DNA of 64,000 nt from a virus. Taxonomy: Duplodnaviria > Caudoviricetes. Both the position numbers and the translations under genes were made by a program. Below are positions 38,501-48,052 of this stretch, in pieces. A model generated the notes under the pieces. The model saw only the letters and a list, made by a program, of their open reading frames with translations. It did no database searches and was not told the origin of the DNA. The stretch lies in the IMG/VR virus record IMGVR_UViG_3300033075_001196, positions 60,388-124,387 of that record; one strand, written 5' to 3'. Within the stretch, counting starts at the first letter, position 1; each line of letters starts with the position of its first letter.

Positions 38501-39459
38501 ATGATAATTTTTTGTTTTATAAAATCTATTATATTTTCAGCCGTCTCCAATTCTCGTTGCCATATAATCAATAATTCGTGTCCTGAATCGATAGCTAATT
38601 GATTTTTCTTTCGGTCTGTTTCCCAAACATCTTTTGCATATCTATTCATACTATTATCATAATAATTAGAATCATATACTTCAGGATCCATGTGCCAATA
38701 TGTTCCATTAAATTCAATTACTAAATTTAGCTCAGATACAAATATATCAAACGGCCGGCCTTTAATTATTTTTTCTGATTCAATTGTATATCCTAAATCA
38801 ATTAATGTGGTTTCAATTAAAATATGACCTTTACTTTTGAATATTGGTTTATGAATACCATCTACCCATTGTTGTTTGCAAATTTTAGATAATTTAGCCC
38901 TTGTCTCGGCAGACGCTTTATAATTTTCAGGCATACAATTTCCTCTAGCCCTTGCAGATGCTGATTGTAATACTCGAGTTTCTTCCGAAATTGCTTTACC
39001 TATTTGATTGGCTGAAATCTTTGCTTTAGTTTCTTCAGTGTGCCACACTTTATTGTTATTACGCCGTGATTCAACTCGTTTGGCTGCTGCTTCCTTAGTT
39101 CCGTTTTTTGGTGCACAATATGTTTCCATATTATGCTTAGAAAGTTTCTTCAATTCTGTAATGTAGTCGATGTTATCAAGATCATTCCAGAATTTATTTA
39201 TTGAAATTGACATTTTCAGTTTTGATGCATCACTATATTTGATAGGTTTACTATTACGAATATTATTAGCTACTTTACCTTGCAATGATCTTAAAGTTTT
39301 TTTTAAAACGGACCAATCATATGTTTGAAAAAATGCATGCATTAATGGAGTAAATTCAGCCTTTGTCATTTTCATACTTTTACGATATGAATTTAGTCCA
39401 AAAATTGGAATATTAATATCCATTAATGCATTATACATTTCAATTACTAATGTGTCCAT
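38497..39459 (-). CDS. Homing endonuclease (NUMOD3-like repeats + Vsr/DUF559-like domain)
   Basis: HTEETKAKIS, SEETR, SAETRAKLS; FDI..IEFNGTYWH..D..K..G..IIW. Confidence 0.82.
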   Translation of the reverse strand: MDTLVIEMYNALMDINIPIFGLNSYRKSMKMTKAEFTPLMHAFFQTYDWSVLKKTLRSLQGKVANNIRNSKPIKYSDASKLKMSISINKFWNDLDNIDYITELKKLSKHNMETYCAPKNGTKEAAAKRVESRRNNNKVWHTEETKAKISANQIGKAISEETRVLQSASARARGNCMPENYKASAETRAKLSKICKQQWVDGIHKPIFKSKGHILIETTLIDLGYTIESEKIIKGRPFDIFVSELNLVIEFNGTYWHMDPEVYDSNYYDNSMNRYAKDVWETDRKKNQLAIDSGHELLIIWQRELETAENIIDFIKQKIII

Positions 39460-40328
39460 TATCCTTCTTCTGATACAAAGTCTTCATCTGAAACTGTTAT
39501 GTCGTCCACTCCAAAATCTTCATTAACTTTATATTTCATAATCAATGCATTACATAAAATGTCATATAAATAATCATGCAACGGTTTGTTATGAATCAAT
39601 AAATTAGCAAAATCCTTAGAATAGAATTTCAATTCATCTATGCTGGCCAATTCTCCGGTTTTAGGATTAACTATTTCCATTTTTGGAAAAGTTAAATGAT
39701 ATCCGTTTCCACTTTTAATAATCAATTTATGACTTTCTAGTGTATCTATCCAAGAACCATAATCATCAATCCCAGAATTAAAATAAATATCATAATCGAC
39801 AGTCCTTAATGGTGGGCCTAACCGGTTTTTTACAACTTGTGCCCTAGTTTTTATACCAACTATTTCATCTCCCGATTTCATTTTCACCTTAATTTGGCCC
39901 AAGGATTTTAATCTAATTCTAACTGATGCATGAAATGCCAAGGCTTTACCACCACTAGTTGTATTATGATTAATCCTGCCATTAGCATTATATGTATGTG
40001 AATTGGCTACTTCAATATCCACTACTTGCATTCTGCCGAAGGTCTTAACAAATTCTGGATGGTCTTTAAGATAAATTTCTTTATCTGCTTCCATAATTCT
40101 GTGATTTGCAGTACCTTTTAATATTCCATCAGTATAAAATTCTTCTACTGATTCTTTGACTACAAAACTTTTAATTGGATTATAGGTTAATTCACCATTT
40201 ACAGTCGTTTCAACTTCAATTCCTAATTCACTGACATCATAAATGTCAGGAGTTTCAAAATCATTATTCATTGCAAATCTTTCTGAAAATTCTGCTAATG
40301 TAATTTCTTCATAAATAAATTCGTCCAT
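39459..40328 (-). CDS. recA: RecA/UvsX C-terminal half preceded by a 122-aa C-intein
   Basis: GTANHR (block B), VVDIEV..HTYNANGRINHN|TTSGGKALAFHASVRI, VKNRLGPP. Confidence 0.93.
   Translation of the reverse strand: MDEFIYEEITLAEFSERFAMNNDFETPDIYDVSELGIEVETTVNGELTYNPIKSFVVKESVEEFYTDGILKGTANHRIMEADKEIYLKDHPEFVKTFGRMQVVDIEVANSHTYNANGRINHNTTSGGKALAFHASVRIRLKSLGQIKVKMKSGDEIVGIKTRAQVVKNRLGPPLRTVDYDIYFNSGIDDYGSWIDTLESHKLIIKSGNGYHLTFPKMEIVNPKTGELASIDELKFYSKDFANLLIHNKPLHDYLYDILCNALIMKYKVNEDFGVDDITVSDEDFVSEEG
39963..40328 (-). mobile_element. Atypically split intein C-fragment (122 aa)
   Basis: Contains blocks B, F and G; ends in HN; Thr at +1. Confidence 0.9.
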
Positions 40329-41065
40329 AATATTTTTTTTATTTCGTCTATGTTATTGTTAATTTCGGTTTCCCATAATATAATATATTTAAAGTTGTTT
40401 TCCAAAAATTTTGCCTGTTTTCTTTCATCTCTTTCCCAAATTTTATTTACAGGGGCTCTGAACACTGTTTTATTTGCATCAAATATATCTGGATTAGCAT
40501 GCCAATAATCTCCGTATACCTCAACTACAGCATGTTGTTCAGGCAAATAAAAGTCTGGAATATATGTTAATGATCCGAATGTGAATGGCTTCTCATATTC
40601 GAATTTTAAATTAAATTCATCTAATATTGTCGCAATTATATATTCTAATGAATTCATATTTATTCCTTTAAAACAATATTGTTTATTCCTTGCAGAATAT
40701 AACATTCTTTTAAATTTTTCAACATCATTCAATTTAGCATCAGCCCACATTTTCTTTGCTTTTTTAGAAATTTTTTCACACCGTTCACTTGATTTCATTG
40801 ATGTCATAAATTTTTCTTTAAATGTTGGATCCGCCATATTGGCTTTATTTTTTATAACTGATTTAACATATGCTCCAGATGCCCTTCTGTTTTTAATTTG
40901 CTGATCGGAATATTCTTTATCCTTCCAACGATCACTATTTTGTTTTCCTATTATATACTTCCATTTATCTGATCTGATTTGGTATTTCTTTCTAACATCA
41001 ATTGATGCGTCAAGACTTTTATATAAGAATAGGAGGAAATTGTCAATCGTTTGAAACTTTATATC
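40295..41065 (-). CDS. Vsr/DUF559-like homing endonuclease between the RecA intein halves; frame is open up to 41065 but the first ATG is at 40837
   Basis: MNSLE..YIPDF..VEVYGDYWH..ILWE; 76 extra stop-free codons upstream with no ATG/GTG/TTG. Confidence 0.78.
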   Translation of the reverse strand, partial: DIKFQTIDNFLLFLYKSLDASIDVRKKYQIRSDKWKYIIGKQNSDRWKDKEYSDQQIKNRRASGAYVKSVIKNKANMADPTFKEKFMTSMKSSERCEKISKKAKKMWADAKLNDVEKFKRMLYSARNKQYCFKGINMNSLEYIIATILDEFNLKFEYEKPFTFGSLTYIPDFYLPEQHAVVEVYGDYWHANPDIFDANKTVFRAPVNKIWERDERKQAKFLENNFKYIILWETEINNNIDEIKKILWTNLFMKKLH

Positions 41066-41789
41066 TTATTTTTATTTTTGTAGATAATGGGTCTACACAA
41101 TATGGATCTCCAAACATTGCATTCATCTTCACTCTTAGCTGATTAGTAAATATTAAACATATATTTTCTTTACTAATCATTCCAGTAATCTTCCTCATTG
41201 CTTTTGATAAAATAATAGCCTTATCTGTAGCATATCCATCTTTAGCATAATCAGCTTCCAACTCCTTTAAAGTAGTGGCGCCCATTACTGAATCTACTAA
41301 TATTGTTACTAGTTTTTTCTTATCTGAAGATCTCACTTTTTCAATTATAGCCTCAATCGCATCAAATATATCTTCCAATGCTTCTAATTGAAGATACATT
41401 AATTTAGTTATGTCAACTCCTATAGCAGCTAAATATTCCCTACTTACTGCAGATTCTGTGTCAATGTATACCGCGATACCGCCTTTCTTTTGGGTATTTG
41501 CTAATGCATACGCCCCTAATAAACTCTTACCAGATGCCTCTAATCCTGTTATTTCAATGATTTTACCTACTGGCCATCCGCCATGTGGTCTATTACTAAC
41601 TCCAATGTCTAGTAATGTGTGGCCAGTAGGTATCCAATCTTTAACATCAGTGGCAACATTTGGATCTGATAAATAATATGCAGCCTGGTGACCGTGATCC
41701 TTAAATTTTGTATTGATTGCTGAAATCAATTCAGATGATAATGCATCAACGATTGCAGGTGCAACCTTCTCATTCTTATTCTTTGCCAT
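41043..41789 (-). CDS. recA: RecA/UvsX N-terminal half + 18-aa N-intein
   Basis: IPTG..LD, GLEASGKS, YIDTE, VDSV, FTNQLR..FGDPY|CVDPLSTKIKIRYKVSND*. Confidence 0.93.
   Translation of the reverse strand: MAKNKNEKVAPAIVDALSSELISAINTKFKDHGHQAAYYLSDPNVATDVKDWIPTGHTLLDIGVSNRPHGGWPVGKIIEITGLEASGKSLLGAYALANTQKKGGIAVYIDTESAVSREYLAAIGVDITKLMYLQLEALEDIFDAIEAIIEKVRSSDKKKLVTILVDSVMGATTLKELEADYAKDGYATDKAIILSKAMRKITGMISKENICLIFTNQLRVKMNAMFGDPYCVDPLSTKIKIRYKVSND
41046..41099 (-). mobile_element. Atypically split intein N-fragment (18 aa)
   Basis: Block A-like CVDPLSTKIKI directly after RecA GDPY. Confidence 0.85.
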
Positions 41790-41804
41790 TAAATTTTAAT
41801 TAGT

Positions 41805-42611
41805 TTATTTAAATAAATCGTCGAAATCAGAATCATCAACTGTGGTAGAAGCCTTGATTGGTTGTTTCTTAGTTGGTTTGACTTCAGGAATATCATCATA
41901 ACTAACATCTTCATCAAATACTGACTTTGATGTTGCACCGTCTGCTGGTGCGTCTTTGTCTTCTGCTTCTTCTGAATTATTTAAGAAATTTTCCAACATT
42001 TTTTTCAATTCATCATATGTTGGTTCTGGCCATAATGTATTAACATCAGGCATTTCTTTAATCAAGTCCAACACTTCCTTTTTAGAAGTCATCTCAGTTT
42101 TGTCAGGTTTAACTCGAATCATGATATCTGGCCAAGGTTTTTCTGTTTTAATAACTTCTACAGTTATATCTCGACCATTTTTTGGATGACTGATATCTCC
42201 GTAATCTGGATCGTCAATTACCTTTAATAATTCTTGATAAATTTGTTTTCCAAATCCCCAAAACTTAACTCCTTCTTCCTCTTTACCTCTCACTAATATT
42301 GGTATATAAGTTCTAGGTTTTGCTTGCATTGATACTGCAGTTTTCCAATCTTCCTTTTCACCAGTTGCCTTTAAAGTATCTACAAATTCTTGAACTGGAT
42401 CTGGTTTGCCAAACGATATTGGAGATAATATTGTTTGGTTTTTTAATTTATAATAAAAAAATAGCTCAATAAATGGCCAATCTTTATTATGTAAATAAGG
42501 CAACATTCTAATAATATGTTTACCCGGTGTTGGAGTCCATCTCCATTTGCTACCTCCGCCCTTGGGGGTTTCTAAAGCTGAAAGTTTTTGTTTGATTTTG
42601 TTTAAATCCAT
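41805..42611 (-). CDS. Single-stranded DNA-binding protein (gp32-like)
   Basis: W.P..G...IR.LP, FWGFGK, YGDI..GRDI, acidic tail DFDDLF. Confidence 0.85.
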   Translation of the reverse strand: MDLNKIKQKLSALETPKGGGSKWRWTPTPGKHIIRMLPYLHNKDWPFIELFFYYKLKNQTILSPISFGKPDPVQEFVDTLKATGEKEDWKTAVSMQAKPRTYIPILVRGKEEEGVKFWGFGKQIYQELLKVIDDPDYGDISHPKNGRDITVEVIKTEKPWPDIMIRVKPDKTEMTSKKEVLDLIKEMPDVNTLWPEPTYDELKKMLENFLNNSEEAEDKDAPADGATSKSVFDEDVSYDDIPEVKPTKKQPIKASTTVDDSDFDDLFK

Positions 42612-42653
42612 GATTAATTTGTGTTTGTGATTAAATAATATTTTTATTATATT

Positions 42654-42685
42654 TTAATATAAGTTATGTTATTGTAATAAACAAA
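42654..42685 (-). promoter_or_regulatory. Bacteroidota-type promoter (TTTG-N20-TATATTAA)
   Basis: Upstream of the SSB/RecA/helicase operon. Confidence 0.55.
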
Positions 42686-42694
42686 TTTTTATGA

Positions 42695-43075
42695 TTATAT
42701 TTTTTCAACTAATTTAAAATTAATGTATTCTACTAAATTGTTTTTATATAAAAGTAATTGATTATTGTAAAGTGACCAATCAATTGGATAATTAAATATT
42801 AATTGTCCATTGTTTGTCCGCTTAATTATTTCGTTAATTGCATTGATTGTATATAATGTATTTGATTCTGCTTTTCTGTGTATTATAATTATTCTATTTA
42901 TTAAATCATATTCCTCAGTTACAGTAAATGTACAAAAATATTCGTATGGTTTGTCTATATTATTATATATAAATATAAAATTATTGTATTTAAACGTAGA
43001 TTTTATATAATTAATTGTCAATTCCAAATTTGATTTCGGAGTAAACATACACAACAGCCTTGATTTTTGTTCCAT
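42695..43075 (-). CDS. Hypothetical protein
   Basis: LLCMF..HRK.ESNTLYTINA.N..W..Y. Confidence 0.7.
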   Translation of the reverse strand: MEQKSRLLCMFTPKSNLELTINYIKSTFKYNNFIFIYNNIDKPYEYFCTFTVTEEYDLINRIIIIHRKAESNTLYTINAINEIIKRTNNGQLIFNYPIDWSLYNNQLLLYKNNLVEYINFKLVEKI

Positions 43076-43087
43076 TCTTCATCACTC

Positions 43088-44197
43088 CTAAATTAATTTT
43101 TCATTAATCACATCACCCAATATATTTAAATGATTGTCCTTGATATTAAAAATTCCACCGCCTAAACGATTTTCTTTAGTACAATTTAATGAAGGATATA
43201 ATGTATCCCCTTCGGTAAGATATACCATATCACCTCTTATCGTTCCCCAATAACTGATGGTTGCCAATATTTTTGCTATGTAGGCATCAATTAATGCACA
43301 AAATTTTGATGGTAATTCATCTATATTTTGATTTTCTAAGGATGTTTTAATGTTTGTAGATAGTGCCTTAAGAGATGCTAATCTACTCACATTGCTCATA
43401 TTTAAAAATTGGTTCAACTCTTCTTTATTTCCCTCATCACCAATTTTAGCTAATATTGAATTAATATTTGATTTAGTAAATTCTTGAATTTTTTCTCCAT
43501 CTATCACTTCACCCAAATTTATCAATATCGTCAAAATTGATATGATTTCTGGATCTAATAATCCAAATGATACTACTTCATTATGAAAATTTCTTAATAT
43601 TACATTTGCAGCATCAACATGTACATCAGCAGTTATTGTACCATCTGCTGATTTCCCTTTGACATTCCCATCTAATACAATAGCAAACCAAAAAACTGCC
43701 GGAGATATTCCAGGTATTTGAATAGTTTCAACAACAAGATCATATAAAATCTTTTCATACTGACCCATTTTAAATGTGCCATTGAAAAGATCACGGTTTG
43801 TCCTCTTACCTATAATTCGACGGAGCTGGTCTTGTAATGTATCTGGTAATGCCATTATTTTTTGATATAATGTATCCAATCCATCTACTTGTAATCCAGT
43901 TTGAATATATCTTCTGTTAATAATATCCGAAAATTGTTCAAATGAATCTAATAAATTTCTAAAATCTTCATTGGATTCATGGGTTTCTACTTCCTTTGGT
44001 GGTAATTGTTCTGCTGTATCTTCAGGAGTTTGTTCGTCATCTTCAGATATAAATGACATTATCTGCTGCCAGTTAGAAATGTTATATTCCACTAATACTT
44101 CTTTCAAAATATCCAATTCTGGTTCTGTATATGGTGGGTTGGCATATCCATTGGGCAACCTATAAAACCATTCTGATACTATATTATTTATGTCCAT
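43088..44197 (-). CDS. Hypothetical protein
   Basis: 369-aa ORF, N-terminal EWFYRLP.GY. Confidence 0.7.
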   Translation of the reverse strand: MDINNIVSEWFYRLPNGYANPPYTEPELDILKEVLVEYNISNWQQIMSFISEDDEQTPEDTAEQLPPKEVETHESNEDFRNLLDSFEQFSDIINRRYIQTGLQVDGLDTLYQKIMALPDTLQDQLRRIIGKRTNRDLFNGTFKMGQYEKILYDLVVETIQIPGISPAVFWFAIVLDGNVKGKSADGTITADVHVDAANVILRNFHNEVVSFGLLDPEIISILTILINLGEVIDGEKIQEFTKSNINSILAKIGDEGNKEELNQFLNMSNVSRLASLKALSTNIKTSLENQNIDELPSKFCALIDAYIAKILATISYWGTIRGDMVYLTEGDTLYPSLNCTKENRLGGGIFNIKDNHLNILGDVINEKLI

Positions 44198-45494
44198 TAT
44201 AATCTTTCATTGCGTGATAATTCTTTCCAAATTTTATTGAACTTCTTAAATTATCTTGATTTAAAATAATTCGAATATCATTCAAAAATTGTTTACCGTC
44301 CTCTTTATTATAATCAAATAAAAAGGAATCATATGTATACAATACTAACTTACTTTTCTTCTTATATAAATATTTAAAAATATTCATTAACATTAAAGAA
44401 TTATACTCAGTTTCATATCCTTGTAGTAAATAATTGAATAAAATATTTGGAGTCATTTTGATATCAAAATTATCACGTTTAATTTTTCTTCTTGATAATG
44501 GCATTTCTATATATCCATTTTTGACAAATGATGCCCACAATGAATTTCGATATGCATGAATAGCTTTGAAGAACGGAATTTGCAGATATTCATTGTTTAT
44601 ATTTCCATAAAGGAGCTGCCAGGTTATATTCTTTGATTTAACATAGTTATCCTCCCCTAGGACAGGAGTTTTGAAGTAAAACCTACCAAAGTATTCATGT
44701 AAATTACCCCCCGGCAGATCAAAGCTAATTAGGTTTGCGGCTAATCGTACATGCATGCTATCATAATCATACTCAATTAAATAATCGGATGATGGAATTA
44801 TCATTGATCTTATGCCAGTACTTTTATTCAAAGCTGCAAAATTGATATTATTAAAATGATTTGATGGTCTACCCGTGCTGGTATATAAATTATACTGGCA
44901 ATATAATTTGTTAACATTTTTATTAATATATTGTCTAGCTATTATTGGATCAATTGTAAGTCCGGAATTTTCTATCATATATAAATTATTCAATAAATTT
45001 ATATTATAAAATGAATAGGCCTCATCAATTGGAATTATTTTAATTAAGGTTAGACATTGAACTCTGATATTTCTACAATGTGTTATCCACAACATCATTG
45101 GGATGATATTATTGACATTTTTAATATCTGTGTACCATTTATGATATAATGAAATTTCAATACTGCGCAGTATTTCTAGAGGTTCATTGAATTCAATCCA
45201 ATGTAATAACCCAACATCTAAAGAATTTGGAAGAAAATTAAATACATTTGATTTATTATAAACGAATATTTGTTTTTTAAATATATGTTTAATTAATTTA
45301 AGGTTTAATGTTTTATGATAATCATGGTGACAAACATTAATAATATATTCAATTTTAGAATCAATAGCATATACATAAATAAATGAAATTTCATTCTCAC
45401 ATCTATGATTTGATGGGTCTTGAAGTATTGGAATTAAAATAACATCCTCTTCTAAAGATATATCTGAAAGATCCGTTATCAATTTAAATTTCAT
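44184..45494 (-). CDS. Divergent family A DNA polymerase domain protein
   Basis: TSTGRPS, EYDYDSMHVRL (motif A), SKNITWQLLYG (motif B), NYLLQG, LYTYDSF (motif C). Confidence 0.8.
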   Translation of the reverse strand: MKFKLITDLSDISLEEDVILIPILQDPSNHRCENEISFIYVYAIDSKIEYIINVCHHDYHKTLNLKLIKHIFKKQIFVYNKSNVFNFLPNSLDVGLLHWIEFNEPLEILRSIEISLYHKWYTDIKNVNNIIPMMLWITHCRNIRVQCLTLIKIIPIDEAYSFYNINLLNNLYMIENSGLTIDPIIARQYINKNVNKLYCQYNLYTSTGRPSNHFNNINFAALNKSTGIRSMIIPSSDYLIEYDYDSMHVRLAANLISFDLPGGNLHEYFGRFYFKTPVLGEDNYVKSKNITWQLLYGNINNEYLQIPFFKAIHAYRNSLWASFVKNGYIEMPLSRRKIKRDNFDIKMTPNILFNYLLQGYETEYNSLMLMNIFKYLYKKKSKLVLYTYDSFLFDYNKEDGKQFLNDIRIILNQDNLRSSIKFGKNYHAMKDYNGHK

Positions 45495-45500
45495 TTCCCA

Positions 45501-45532
45501 TTAAAATAATTGATAGGAAACAAAAAACCAAA
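45501..45532 (-). promoter_or_regulatory. Bacteroidota-type promoter (TTTG-N20-TATTTTAA)
   Basis: At the boundary of the structural and replication modules; box ends 6 nt before the ATG. Confidence 0.55.
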
Positions 45533-45533
45533 T

Positions 45534-46097
45534 TTATTTAGAAAATTCCGTCAAATTCTTTAAATATGCTCGTAATCTAATAAAATTATTACGAATTTCT
45601 GCCTGGATAATCTCCCGTTCATTGAAATCATATATATATGCACCAGTAATCTTCCATTTAATTATTACTGAATTCCAGATGATTCCATTAATACCTGGTT
45701 GATTCCGAGTATTGATTGTATTATGTTGATCAGCATCTATTTCAATAATTGTAACCAATGGATTATTCCGTTTCTGCACAAAATATCTGTATATATATCC
45801 ATCATTATAATCATCTAAAGTTGGTCGAAGCAAATACGGTGTGGGTTGGACATAATTATTTGTTACAATATTTTTAATTTTATTATATGTTTTAACATCA
45901 TGTGTCCAATCATTTCGTTTTAAAAATAATTCTACAGATTTCTGTGAAGGATTAAATTCTGTGAAGAAGTGTCCGTTTGGCAAGGCATGATATCCTCCTA
46001 TATAGTCATCTCCTGATGATAATATAAATTCGCCACCAGGTGTATATTGACCTGTTAAAATTTGGTGTTGCGAGTAATATGGTTGATTTAGTGCCAT
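45534..46097 (-). CDS. Hypothetical baseplate-region protein
   Basis: Last gene of the tail operon. Confidence 0.55.
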   Translation of the reverse strand: MALNQPYYSQHQILTGQYTPGGEFILSSGDDYIGGYHALPNGHFFTEFNPSQKSVELFLKRNDWTHDVKTYNKIKNIVTNNYVQPTPYLLRPTLDDYNDGYIYRYFVQKRNNPLVTIIEIDADQHNTINTRNQPGINGIIWNSVIIKWKITGAYIYDFNEREIIQAEIRNNFIRLRAYLKNLTEFSK

Positions 46098-46100
46098 AGT

Positions 46101-48050
46101 TTATAAGTCTTTCCATTCAATATCTTCATAAAAAGTCATTATTCCTGATAATTTTGTGGTCCAAGATGATTCTTGCCCATTAAATGTATGCGTCACAGCT
46201 CTCAGCATAAAATAATTATTATTCTTTTTATAATGAGGCGTCAGCTGGGTTGTTGAGATGCCATTACCTGGTAGGAATCCAAACACACCATCTAATTCTG
46301 CTTCAATTGACATTCCTAAATATGGTATTATTTCATATTTTTTAGATGATGGTGTTGATTTGGCCAATGTTCCTATTGCTCCTAATAATGCATTTTCTTG
46401 CACAGCGCCAAATTGATTTGCTCCTAAAGTTCCAGGAGTATATAATAATTCTCCGATAGATTTTACTGCGTCTTTATGTGTAGTGCTGGCCTTTTTATTA
46501 TCTACTTGCTCTTTACATCCACGCACTGATGCAGGCCCATCACCTTTTCTAGATGGCCCGGCAAACATACCCGCTTTATATTCTTCAGCTCCAACATTTG
46601 ATTGAATTGTACAAGATCTAGTTGATCCATCACCATCTATTGGATTCAATATTACAACTTTCAATGGATCTGGAGCCTTCCCATTGTTTTGATCGATCAC
46701 CACCAATGTATTTGTATTTTTGGGATGAACTGCCAATCTTAATTGCATTGCGCCACCAGTACAAATTCCGATATGATCAAATATTTTTTTTAAAAAATCT
46801 TCTATTGGTAATACCATATCCTTTGTATCTTTAACATCAACTGAATCTGATGTTGCTTGGCGAGTTTTTGATGCCTCTACAAATGCTTTAACAATGATTG
46901 ATCTTTCCAATAAAATATTTTTATGAATAACCTTTTGTCTTGATGATTCTTTACTACCCATTGCTGTGACTTTAGAAAGATTCTTACAATCAGTTTCAAA
47001 GTTTTTACCATCACCAGTCCCATTTTTATAATTTCCCATCCCATTACCTAATAATAAGCATGTTAATGGTGAACCCGATCTTAATTGATAATCTACCCAA
47101 CTAATACTAATATTATCATCAAATACTATTTTCAATTTATCAAAATCTGATTTGTCTCTATCAATTACCGCAGTGGCTATTTCTTCTTTAATTTGCCCCA
47201 TCAATAACCGTTTAATAACATATTCTAATGTTAAGTAAACAACATTAAAGGTTTGTTCCGCCTCTGATTTAAAATCAAATTTATTTATCATTTGATTAAT
47301 CCAAGAGCCTGCAGCTGTTGAATATAAATGTTTTCCTGAATATACTACAATTGCTCCGCCACCTGCAGGGGTTATGGTCTCACCATCCTGCATTTCGTCA
47401 ATGCCTTTTTCACCATTTTTTTGTGCATCATAGGCAATTAGCTCAGCCATGCCAATTACAGGATATTTTTTATTACCACCCTTATATTTTAATTTTGTAT
47501 CTTTAATAATAGAAGACACCTCAATATCTTTTACTGCTTCTGCAGCTGCAACAGCCTTACAACTGGCTATCCAATATCCTTCTGATGTTGTAGAGAAATT
47601 AAATGTAACTACCCTAAATGGCCCAGCGTTTAATGATTGTTGATCTCCTTCATTCCAAGATTTTCCATATCCAAATTTCGCTGATATTTTATTTCCTGGA
47701 AGTAAGAATGCTAATTCAATTTGTTTAAAATCTTCTAACGTATAACACTCAATTGTTATACTAATAGTTTGAGTCAACCCAAATTCTCCACCATATTCTA
47801 TTACAACATCTTTAAGAGTTGGACCTATTTTCAATCTTTTGGCTGGATTGTATACTTCATGAAATGTGTCAGCATCTTTAGGAAGTGTTATTGAATCTCC
47901 TCCCATACAACTATTTGCTGTTCCTGTAACCTTAATCCATGCAGGATTTCTTGTGGCTGCTTTATAATGAGGGCCATTTTTATATAAAGTTGATCTGGAT
48001 TGTAATACACCAATGGCCCCATCTTCTGGATTTCGTCTAAATGGATTCAT
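46101..48050 (-). CDS. Probable baseplate hub/tail protein
   Basis: Position; C-terminal ELDGVFG..PGN..F..VTH..W.T pattern. Confidence 0.55.
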   Translation of the reverse strand: MNPFRRNPEDGAIGVLQSRSTLYKNGPHYKAATRNPAWIKVTGTANSCMGGDSITLPKDADTFHEVYNPAKRLKIGPTLKDVVIEYGGEFGLTQTISITIECYTLEDFKQIELAFLLPGNKISAKFGYGKSWNEGDQQSLNAGPFRVVTFNFSTTSEGYWIASCKAVAAAEAVKDIEVSSIIKDTKLKYKGGNKKYPVIGMAELIAYDAQKNGEKGIDEMQDGETITPAGGGAIVVYSGKHLYSTAAGSWINQMINKFDFKSEAEQTFNVVYLTLEYVIKRLLMGQIKEEIATAVIDRDKSDFDKLKIVFDDNISISWVDYQLRSGSPLTCLLLGNGMGNYKNGTGDGKNFETDCKNLSKVTAMGSKESSRQKVIHKNILLERSIIVKAFVEASKTRQATSDSVDVKDTKDMVLPIEDFLKKIFDHIGICTGGAMQLRLAVHPKNTNTLVVIDQNNGKAPDPLKVVILNPIDGDGSTRSCTIQSNVGAEEYKAGMFAGPSRKGDGPASVRGCKEQVDNKKASTTHKDAVKSIGELLYTPGTLGANQFGAVQENALLGAIGTLAKSTPSSKKYEIIPYLGMSIEAELDGVFGFLPGNGISTTQLTPHYKKNNNYFMLRAVTHTFNGQESSWTTKLSGIMTFYEDIEWKDL

Positions 48051-48052
48051 TT

